Origin: an uncultured Deinococcales bacterium
GTDB taxonomy: Bacteria; Deinococcota; Deinococci; Deinococcales; JAAFIG01
Assembly (NCBI GenBank): GCA_964247135.1
Contig: CAXTTL010000103.1
Span: 1-16,425, forward strand
Reading direction: 5' to 3'
DNA length: 16,425 nucleotides
In this document: piece after piece, positions 9,532 through 16,425 of the stretch
Layout of the letters: every line of letters begins with the position of its first letter
Numbering within the stretch: position 1 is the first letter of the stretch
The notes under the pieces: model-generated
What the model was told of the DNA's origin: nothing
The model's input: the letters and a program-made list of their open reading frames with translations, nothing else
Database searches by the model: none
Program-made: the position numbers and the translations under genes

Positions 9532-9917
9532 GATGCACCATCCTCGAGCCGTCCCTGTTCGGTCAAGATTCGTTTGGCAATCGCAAAGGCGCTGTTCGCG
9601 GCGGGTACACCCGCGTAGGCGGCGACGTGCATCAGCACCTCGCGCAGTTGTTCGGGTGTGACCCCCGTGTTGATGGTGGATCGCACGTGAAGCTCGAGTT
9701 CGTGTTCTCGACCCAAGGCGGCAAGAATGGCGATGGTCACAAGATGGCGAGTTTGACGCTCGAGTCCGTCTCGGGTCCAAACGCTGCCCCAAACGGTTTC
9801 GGTGATGTGTTGCTGGAAATCTTGATCGAAGGCGTTGGCGTTTTTTAAAGAGCGCTCTACGTGTGCGTCACCAAGCACTTCGCGCCGAACTTTCACGCCG
9901 TTTTCAAACTTGCTCAT
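9528..9917 (-). CDS. pcaC: 4-carboxymuconolactone decarboxylase
   Basis: Motifs RREVLGDAHVER, WGSVWTRDGL and YAGVPAANSAF. Start at ATG 9917 via ATGA overlap. Confidence 0.93.
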   Translation of the reverse strand: MSKFENGVKVRREVLGDAHVERSLKNANAFDQDFQQHITETVWGSVWTRDGLERQTRHLVTIAILAALGREHELELHVRSTINTGVTPEQLREVLMHVAAYAGVPAANSAFAIAKRILTEQGRLEDGAS

Positions 9918-10708
9918 GCAACCCCCTCGAGAAATTTTTTGATGATTCGCGCCATCGCTGCGGGTTGTTGAATGCACGGCAAATGCCCAGCATCTTCGAT
10001 CAATTCCAGCCGAGTCTCGAGGGTTTGCGCGAGTTCTTGACTGAGTGCCACAGGTGTACTTTGGTCATCTTGACCGCAAACCACCAAGGTTTTGACTCGA
10101 GCTTCAAAGATCATTTTGGCTGCCTGGTGTAAATCCGAATCGCGCAACGCCGTGCAAGTGGCGACATAACCCAATACCGATGTGCGCTCGAGCATGTTCT
10201 GAAAACCACGAACTCGAGCGGGTTGCTCGGCATGAAATCTCGAATCAAACCAACGCTGCATCACCGATTGCGAAATGGACTCGAGTCCTCCAGCTTGCAC
10301 CGCACCAATACGGGCGTTCCATGATTCTGCCGTGCCAATTTTCATGCCCGTATCGCAAAACACCGCGCCAGCCACACGCTCGGGAAACTGCGAGGCGAAC
10401 TCGAGCGCGATTTGACCTCCAACCGAAATCCCGACCAAGATCACACGCTCGAGTTGCAGATGCTCGAGCAAGCCAAAAAGATCGTTGGCAAAATCGGTGA
10501 TCGAATATGTTCCCGTCGGCGCGTCGGACAGACCATGACCGCGTTTGTCGTAACGCAACACTGGACGCTCGAGCCTGGCGGTCACACCGTCCCAGATTCG
10601 CAAATCGCTGCCAAGTGAATTGACGAACACCAACGGAATTCCTGTCAAATGCGTGTTCTCGAGTTGGTAATGAACGGTCAAACCAGCAACATTGGCAAAA
10701 TTGGTCAT
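9914..10708 (-). CDS. pcaD: 3-oxoadipate enol-lactonase
   Basis: Alpha/beta hydrolase with NSLGSDLRIWD, RYDKRGHGLS, GISVGG nucleophile elbow and AGHLPC. Confidence 0.92.
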   Translation of the reverse strand: MTNFANVAGLTVHYQLENTHLTGIPLVFVNSLGSDLRIWDGVTARLERPVLRYDKRGHGLSDAPTGTYSITDFANDLFGLLEHLQLERVILVGISVGGQIALEFASQFPERVAGAVFCDTGMKIGTAESWNARIGAVQAGGLESISQSVMQRWFDSRFHAEQPARVRGFQNMLERTSVLGYVATCTALRDSDLHQAAKMIFEARVKTLVVCGQDDQSTPVALSQELAQTLETRLELIEDAGHLPCIQQPAAMARIIKKFLEGVA

Positions 10709-11892
10709 GTCATCACCCTATCCGACTCGAGCATCCCAACGTAATTTTCGGCAAGCACTTGGGCTTGAGCGCGGCTTGAGACCACCTGCTCGAGTTGTGC
10801 CAGTTGCAGCTTGTGCTCATAAGGGTCGGAAAGGTCGTGACGGTGTAACATTGAGGTCATCCACCAGGAAAAATACTGCGCTCGCCACACGCGTTTTAAA
10901 CACGTTTGAGAATATTGACTGAGTGCCAAACTCGAGTTTTGCTGGTATTTTTGGGTCAAGGCGTTCGAGAGAATCTTAACGTCATTGATCGCCAGGTTCA
11001 TGCCCTTTGCACCCGTCGGTGGCACGATATGCGCCGCATCGCCCGCCAAGAACAAGCGCCCGTACTGCATCGGTTCGACCACAAAGCTGCGCATTCCGGT
11101 GATGCCTTTTTCAAAAATAGCGCCCGAAGTCAGCGAAAAATGTTGCGCCTCGAGCCGCGTTCCAAGCTCTTGCCAAATTCGTTCATCAGACCAATTGTCA
11201 ATGTTTTCATCGGGCGCAACTTGAATATAATTTCTCGAGACGCTGGCACTTCGCATACTGTGCAGCGCAAAACCGCGTTCGTGATTGGCGTAAATGAGTT
11301 CGTGGCTCGAGGGTGGCGCTTTTGCCAGAATCCCAAGCCAAGCAAACGGATAATGGCGTTCAAAAACCTTCAACACACCACTGGGAATCGCATCTCGGCA
11401 AATGCCATGAAAACCGTCCGTCCCCGCAATGTAATCACACTCGAGGTTACGTTCTTCGCCGTCCTGAAGAAACGTGATTTTGGGTTGGTTGCCCTCGAGT
11501 CCTGAGAGCCTTATTCCCGTGGCTTCAAAGTGCAAAGGCTGTGCGGACTCGAGTCGCGCCTTGATTAGGTCTTTAACGACCTCCTGCTGCCCGTAGACGG
11601 TAATCGAACGTCCACCTGTCAAACTTGGAAAATCAATGCGGTGCGTTTGCCCACCAAAGCGCAGCAACGTCCCCTCATGGCGCAAACCCTCGAGCGTCAG
11701 GCGTTCACCAAGTCCGTTTGATTTCAATAATTCTACCGTGCCATGCTCGAGCACCCCAGCCCGCACCCGTTTTTCGACGTACTCTCGAGATTTAGATTCC
11801 AGCACCACATTCTCAATGCCTGCACGGTGCAAAAGATGCCCGAGCAGTAAACCTGCTGGTCCTGCGCCAATAATGCCCACTTGGGTTCGCAT
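10705..11892 (-). CDS. pobA: 4-hydroxybenzoate 3-monooxygenase
   Basis: Motifs MRTQVGIIGAGPAGL, RAGVLE, DGFHG, GDAAHIVPPTGAKGMNLA and AENYVG. GGAGG RBS at 11897-11901. Confidence 0.96.
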   Translation of the reverse strand: MRTQVGIIGAGPAGLLLGHLLHRAGIENVVLESKSREYVEKRVRAGVLEHGTVELLKSNGLGERLTLEGLRHEGTLLRFGGQTHRIDFPSLTGGRSITVYGQQEVVKDLIKARLESAQPLHFEATGIRLSGLEGNQPKITFLQDGEERNLECDYIAGTDGFHGICRDAIPSGVLKVFERHYPFAWLGILAKAPPSSHELIYANHERGFALHSMRSASVSRNYIQVAPDENIDNWSDERIWQELGTRLEAQHFSLTSGAIFEKGITGMRSFVVEPMQYGRLFLAGDAAHIVPPTGAKGMNLAINDVKILSNALTQKYQQNSSLALSQYSQTCLKRVWRAQYFSWWMTSMLHRHDLSDPYEHKLQLAQLEQVVSSRAQAQVLAENYVGMLESDRVMT

Positions 11893-11952
11893 CGTGCCTC
11901 CAAAAAAATGATGGCAGCAGTCTCGGGCTTCAAGGGCAGATAATCAAGCCCA

Positions 11953-11987
11953 TTGTCCAGAATAAACGGACAGCATAAAATGCAAGC
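11953..11987 (+). promoter_or_regulatory. Promoter for leaderless IclR gene, overlapped by a candidate IclR operator palindrome
   Basis: TTGTCC (11953-11958), 17 bp, TAAAAT (11976-11981), 6 bp, ATG 11988, with no RBS. Inverted repeat TGTCC-N9-GGACA at 11954-11972. Confidence 0.6.
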
Positions 11988-12797
11988 ATGGCAATTCTTG
12001 GAACGGTTTCTCAGGCTGGAGCGGTACTCGATTTGTTCAGCTTCCAACACCCAGAGTGGGGCGTGCGCCAAGTCGCCCGCACCCTGGCGATTCCTAAATC
12101 CAACGCCCATCAGTTGCTATCCTCGCTCGAGAACATTGGATTGTTGCACCGCATGGTCACAGGGCGTTACCGCCTCGGTTTTAAAATCCTCACGCTCGGG
12201 CAGTACCTCCTGACCAACACGCCTTGGCGCGACGTGGCACACCGCGCACTGGTCAAGCTCGAGGCACAATTTTCTGAAACGGTGCAACTGGCGGTCCTTG
12301 ACGGTGGTCGTTTGATTTACGTGGACAAAATCCTCGGCTCTGACCCGCAGGCGGTCAAGTCCAGCCACAGCGACATCGGTCAAGCCATCTCGCCACACGT
12401 CAACGCCCTGGGGCGCGTGCTGCTTGCCAGCAAATCATGGCGGGTGGTCTTGAACACGTTTCAACCATCTGGATTGCACGCCCACACGCCACACACCATC
12501 ACAGACCAGACCGCCTTCAAAACCGAACTCGAGCAGATTGCACGGCGAGGCTTTGCCCTTGATCTCGAGGAATCAAGAACCGGTGTTTGTTGCATCGCAG
12601 CCCCGATTCGCAACCACAACGGCGACATCATCGCGGCAATCAGCCTCAGTTTGCACTCGAGCCGAAATGAGGGCATTCCAGATTTCTTGCGTGATCAGCT
12701 TTTACAAACTGCCGCTTCGATCTCGAGGTCTATCGCCTTTGATCCAGAGTTTGTCAGTGAAAATCGCACGCAGGCGCGGCTGGCTGGTCGCAATTGA
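11988..12797 (+). CDS. IclR-family transcriptional regulator, divergent from pobA (PobR/PcaR/CreR-like role)
   Basis: N-terminal HTH (WGVRQVARTLAIPKSNAHQLLSSL...GLL...YRLG) and C-terminal ALGRVLLA, RGFALDLEE..GVCCIAAPI. Confidence 0.92.
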   Translation: MAILGTVSQAGAVLDLFSFQHPEWGVRQVARTLAIPKSNAHQLLSSLENIGLLHRMVTGRYRLGFKILTLGQYLLTNTPWRDVAHRALVKLEAQFSETVQLAVLDGGRLIYVDKILGSDPQAVKSSHSDIGQAISPHVNALGRVLLASKSWRVVLNTFQPSGLHAHTPHTITDQTAFKTELEQIARRGFALDLEESRTGVCCIAAPIRNHNGDIIAAISLSLHSSRNEGIPDFLRDQLLQTAASISRSIAFDPEFVSENRTQARLAGRN

Positions 12798-13049
12798 TTA
12801 GGTCCGATGTGGTTGACAGGGATTTAAGGATTCGTCCTGAAATAAAATCCACGTGTATGGGCGCAGCAAGCACATTGACTCCGACTTAATCCCAAAACTC
12901 GAGTCTCACACCAAAAAATGCACTTACCTCGCCTGAAGCCCTCATCCGGCTCGTTCCTCGCCACCTTCTCCCGCAGGGCAGGGGAAGAAGAAAAACCTCG
13001 AACCACACGTGTAAAAAATCGAACTCCCTTCTCCTGATATTGGGAGAAG

Positions 13050-13085
13050 CGCGAACAGCCCGCAAGGTGCTGTCTTGTGAGCAAG
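13050..13085 (+). mobile_element. 36-bp small hairpin insertion element, divergent copy C
   Basis: CGCGAACAGCCCGCAAGGTGCTGTCTTGTGAGCAAG, flanked by AAG (13047-13049) and AAG (13086-13088). Shares the GCCCGCNAGGTGC core and CG...CAAG ends with copies A and B. Confidence 0.65.
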
Positions 13086-13101
13086 AAGGGTCGGGAATGA
13101 G

Positions 13102-13135
13102 CGACCATGCCCGCTAGGTGCGTTTTATGGTCAAG
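13102..13135 (+). mobile_element. 34-bp small hairpin insertion element, copy B
   Basis: CGACCATGCCCGCTAGGTGCGTTTTATGGTCAAG, flanked by AG (13100-13101) and AG (13136-13137). Confidence 0.7.
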
Positions 13136-13226
13136 AGAGGGTAGACAAAGCATTTGCAGATTTTATTTCAGGACAATTCCCAAACCCGTTCAAACTCGAG
13201 TATCGTTTTAAAATCGGAGGCACGCG

Positions 13227-14495
13227 TTGACATTGCTTGCACACGCCACAACCAAACCAGGCGAATTGCTCGAGGCTTCTACCATTCGGCAAACCTTGTC
13301 GTCGCTCGAGGGTCGGTTTAAGGGTCAAAAAGTGTTGGTTTTGATTCCAGACCACACGCGCACATTGCCACTGCCGCAACTCTTCAGAATGTTGGTCGAG
13401 GTGTTTGAAGGTGCTGCCAAACTCGATTTCATGATCGCGCTTGGCACACACCCGCCGCTCGAGGAAGCGCACATCCCGAAACTGGTCGGCATCAGTTCTG
13501 AAGAACGCAACACGATTTTTAAACACGTGGGTTTGCTCAACCATGCCTGGCAAGACCCGAATGCCTTGCAAACCGTCGGGGTTGTACCAGAGGCTCGAGT
13601 TCGAGAAATTGCAGGAGAATTCTGGCATCCGACGCTTGGCAGTGACGTGCAGGTGCGGCTGAATCGGGCAGCACTCGAGGCGGATCAAGGCGTGATTCTG
13701 GGACCGACTTTCCCCCATGAGGTCGTGGGATTTTCGGGGGGCGCAAAGTATTTGTTTCCAGGTATTGGCGGCGCAGACACGATTAACGTCATGCACTGGT
13801 TGGGGGCGCTTGCGGGAATTCGCAAAACCATTGGCGTGAAAGACACGCCTGTTCGCGCCTTGATCCACGAGGCGGCAAGTCATGTGCCAACGCCAATCAC
13901 ATTGATTTCTTTGGTGGTGCAAGGCGCGGGTTTAGCGGGCATGTTCGTTGGCGATCACATCACAGCTTGGGGTGCGGCTGCCGACCTCTCGAGCCAGCGC
14001 CAGATCGTTTGGGTGGACAAACCCTTCAAGCGCGTGTTGTCGTGCGCTCCGCCAATGTACGACGAATTGTGGACGGCGGGCAAAGCCATGTACAAGCTCG
14101 ATCCAGCCCTGGCGGACGACGGTGAACTGATTATTTACGCGCCACACCTCAGCGAGGTCAGTGTGGTGCATGGAAAGTATATTTTCGAGATCGGTTATCA
14201 CAGCGTGCTGTATTTTTTAAACCAATGGGATCGGTTTAAACACGCACCGCTGGGGGTGGTGGCACACAGCACCCACGTTCGAGGCGGTGGGGCTTGGGTC
14301 AACAATCAAGAGCAGTGCCGCATCAAGGTCACACTCGCCAGTCGTATCAGTCCCGAAGATTGCGCTCGGTTAAACTTGGGGTACATGAACCCAGACACGA
14401 TCAACATTGAGGATTTTGCGGGACTTGAAGATCAGGGCATTTTGCTGGTTCGCAAAGCCGGTGAGACCCTCTACCGCGTCAAGGAAACCCCATGA
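13227..14495 (+). CDS. LarA (lactate racemase)-superfamily nickel-pincer-dependent 2-hydroxyacid racemase/epimerase
   Basis: Motifs IPDHTR, IALGTH, PHEVVGFSGGAKYLFPG and HWLGA. TTG start with GGAGG at 13216-13220. Confidence 0.85.
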   Translation: MTLLAHATTKPGELLEASTIRQTLSSLEGRFKGQKVLVLIPDHTRTLPLPQLFRMLVEVFEGAAKLDFMIALGTHPPLEEAHIPKLVGISSEERNTIFKHVGLLNHAWQDPNALQTVGVVPEARVREIAGEFWHPTLGSDVQVRLNRAALEADQGVILGPTFPHEVVGFSGGAKYLFPGIGGADTINVMHWLGALAGIRKTIGVKDTPVRALIHEAASHVPTPITLISLVVQGAGLAGMFVGDHITAWGAAADLSSQRQIVWVDKPFKRVLSCAPPMYDELWTAGKAMYKLDPALADDGELIIYAPHLSEVSVVHGKYIFEIGYHSVLYFLNQWDRFKHAPLGVVAHSTHVRGGGAWVNNQEQCRIKVTLASRISPEDCARLNLGYMNPDTINIEDFAGLEDQGILLVRKAGETLYRVKETP

Positions 14496-14902
14496 GCGAC
14501 AAAGTATCCCTCGAGTTTCAGGAGATCAGCCAGCGACTTCATGCGCTGGTCTTGCCAGAATTTGATGTGGTGGTCGGCATCGCTCGAGGTGGATTGCTTC
14601 CCGCCAGTTTGGTCGCGCATCAACTCGAGCTTCCATTGTTTTTGATGCAACTCAATTACCGTGATGACGCCAATAACCCCCATAGGGCTGCGCCCGAATT
14701 GCAAAGACCGCTCGAGTTTGACTTGCAAGGCAGACGGGTGTTGCTGGTGGATGATGTCAGTGTCAGCGGCGCGACCTTCAACGTTGCTCGAGAACTCTTA
14801 AGTGGCGCAAGCATCACGACGCTGGCTTGCAAGGGCAAAGCCGATTTTGTCTTGTTTCCCGAGGTTGCCGCCTGTGTGAACTGGCCTTGGAATCTTTCAT
14901 GA
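14492..14902 (+). CDS. Small type I phosphoribosyltransferase-family protein
   Basis: VVGIARGGLLPA, PRPP-binding loop VLLVDDVSVSGATF and a C-terminal WPW. ATGA-coupled on both sides. Confidence 0.85.
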   Translation: MSDKVSLEFQEISQRLHALVLPEFDVVVGIARGGLLPASLVAHQLELPLFLMQLNYRDDANNPHRAAPELQRPLEFDLQGRRVLLVDDVSVSGATFNVARELLSGASITTLACKGKADFVLFPEVAACVNWPWNLS

Positions 14903-15378
14903 CTCGAGCCATCGTTGTCATGGGCGTTTCGGGTTCGGGCAAAACCACGCTTGGCATGGCTTTAGCCAAAAAATTAAATTGGACTTTTGCCGATGCCGAC
15001 GATTACCACCCACCCGCCAACGTTCAAAAAATGGCGAGCGGTGAGGCATTGACCGATGCTGACCGTGAACCGTGGTTAGAGCAACTTCACGCCCTGATCG
15101 AACAGCATCTTCTCGAGAATCAACCGCTTGTGTTGGCGTGTTCGGCTTTAAAAGCCAGTTACCGCCAGACTTTAACCGAAAATCTCGAGGGGGTGCAGGT
15201 GGTGTTCTTAACTGGCAGCCGCGAACTCATCGCAAGGCGCATGAACAACCGCGAGCATTTTATGCCAGCCAGTTTGCTCGAGTCGCAATTGAGAACGCTC
15301 GAGCCGCCAGAAAATGCGATTGTACTGAACATTGACCAGCCAATTGAGGACATGGTGAGTGAAGTTCTGAGGCAATGA
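14899..15378 (+). CDS. gntK: Gluconokinase (GntK/IdnK type)
   Basis: Motifs VMGVSGSGKTT, DADDYHPPANVQKM..G..LTD.DR.PWL, ACSALKASYR and HFMP.SLL.SQL.TLE.P. Start at ATG 14899 (ATGA overlap). Confidence 0.92.
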   Translation: MTRAIVVMGVSGSGKTTLGMALAKKLNWTFADADDYHPPANVQKMASGEALTDADREPWLEQLHALIEQHLLENQPLVLACSALKASYRQTLTENLEGVQVVFLTGSRELIARRMNNREHFMPASLLESQLRTLEPPENAIVLNIDQPIEDMVSEVLRQ

Positions 15379-15403
15379 TCAGAAAATTAATTTCGCAGGA
15401 AAA

Positions 15404-15568
15404 GACCTGTCATCCTTCGGGGCGAGTGGAAAGCGAACCACCGCAATTGGCTCGAACGGTGACCAAGCCAGTGCCCGGGTGGTTCAGCCCGACGGCAAGT
15501 TGGTGGCGGCAAGATACAGCAACAATGGCGGCACATTCAACTTTGCCCTGGCTCGCTACAACCCCTAG
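15404..15568 (+). pseudogene. C-terminal remnant of a delta-60 repeat (beta-propeller) protein
   Basis: Frame reads DLSSFGASGKRTTAIGSNGDQASARVVQPDGKLVAARYSNNGGTFNFALARYNP*, which is a delta-60 repeat pattern. There is no suitable start codon between the in-frame stop at 15368 and the repeat. Confidence 0.7.
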
Positions 15569-15626
15569 GCTTGGGAAATCTGGACCATATTTGATGGTTA
15601 GGATGAATCAAGCCTGACCATCAAAT

Positions 15627-15752
15627 ATGAACGAAACCCAGAACGATGCCACACCAGCTTAAACTCCAGAACGCAAACCCTGCGAAACTCCGGTGCTCGA
15701 GCCATACAACATGAGCGCCGTCGTTGGCATCGTCATCTCCGGCGGTGGCTAA
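15627..15752 (+). pseudogene. Possible degenerate small peptide / RiPP-precursor-like ORF with an internal stop
   Basis: MNETQNDATPA*TPERKPCETPVLEPYNMSAVVGIVISGGG*. The internal TAA is at 15660-15662. KPxETPVL resembles the YxxPxL leader motif. Confidence 0.35.
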
Positions 15753-16425
15753 GCCAATCGCTCAGGTCACGCTCGAGCATGGGCAGTTTGAGCTGTGCAG
15801 CCGGCTCAAACTCGAGTCCTGCCCAAGCCTTGGATTCAAAAATCTGAGGCTCGAGCGTAAAACAGGTGAAAATCGCCCAGCAAAGTCCCGTAGTCTGTGC
15901 GGGTCAATGCAAGTTGAGGACATCAACAACTTCCTCGAGACGTTGGGGTTGAACTGCGGTTTTCAACTTCAGTCGCTCGGGCAGGCTTGGGGTTGCCACA
16001 ATCGTTATGGGTCACCCTGGATTTATTGGGTTTTTGAAAAAAATCACTTTTTAGCGAATTTAACCCAAAAAATTTTGAATTTGAATCAAGATTTGAAGAT
16101 TAAAAATCAGTCATAAATGATTCAGAAAAAATTCAGCCTTCCATCAGCTAAGCATTTTAGCCTGACCTCAGTTCATTAAAATAAATTTAATTTTAAAATA
16201 ATCAAAAACAATACAAACTGATCAAAATACTGCTTTCAATACCAGTAAATTAAACAAATCTGTTAGACAGATCGCAAACTTTATTAAATCAGACATCCCC
16301 TGGCAGAAGCAACCGACAACCGGTTTTTGAAATACGTCAACAAATCAAAGCCACCACAGACACCACAAAGGTCAACCCCCACGAAGTTTTAACGTTTTCC
16401 AAATCTGAACGCAAACTTCACCACA

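Larger units (their letters stand above)
12938..13141. repeat. Inverted pair of CCCTCTCCC-family REP-like repeats; the right copy carries two insertions
   Basis: 12938-12990 (GCCCTCATCCGGC...CTCGCCACCTTCTCCCGCA...) resembles the reverse complement of 8177-8230. With both inserts removed, 13026-13141 reads CCCTTCTCCTGATATTGGGAGAAGGGTCGGGAATGAGAGGG, matching the reverse complement of the 5312 and 8094 repeats. Confidence 0.75.

Noticed and set aside
9532-9792. ORF-track N-terminal extensions of pcaH (likewise pcaG, pcaC, pcaF, gntK)
   Set aside because: They overlap the upstream genes. Internal starts give canonical N-termini and short stop/start overlaps.
2232-13135. 34-36 bp repeats as a CRISPR array or attC cassette sites
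   Set aside because: The copies are dispersed, with no regular spacers, no cas or integrase genes and no GTTRRRY ends.
12824-13153. 109-aa ORF across the IclR-lar intergenic region (also 8030-8326, 4925-5563)
   Set aside because: These are translations of REP-like repeats and overlapping genes, not credible proteins.
13131-13922. 263-aa minus-strand ORF
   Set aside because: Antisense to the LarA-family gene, with no motifs.
15724-16116. 130-aa ORF
   Set aside because: TTG start without an RBS, no recognisable domain, and it drifts into the AT-rich tail.

Overview
Bacterial chromosomal window (host inferred, not proven, to be Deinococcota-like) carrying an aromatic-catabolism supercluster. 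On the minus strand run pobA-pcaD-pcaC-pcaH-pcaG-pcaB-pcaF, a fused 3-oxoacid CoA-transferase and an unusual MEDS-wHTH-BTAD (SARP-type) regulator. These are followed by a cytochrome P450 translationally coupled to a PEP-synthase-like ATP-binding subunit that runs off the left edge. The P450/PEP-synthase pair resembles the Corynebacterium cre (p-cresol via aryl-phosphate) system. A divergent, apparently leaderless IclR gene comes next, then a LarA-family epimerase / small PRTase / gluconokinase operon and two decayed remnants (a delta-60 repeat and a RiPP-precursor-like peptide). The non-coding structure is the most unusual part. (i) Three related 34-36 bp hairpin elements are inserted, with 2-3 bp target duplications, inside two different REP-like repeat families. 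(ii) The palindrome CTCGAG occurs about 125 times by hand count, roughly 30x random expectation. (iii) A SARP-style 11-bp-period direct repeat sits just upstream of a -10 box in front of the P450.
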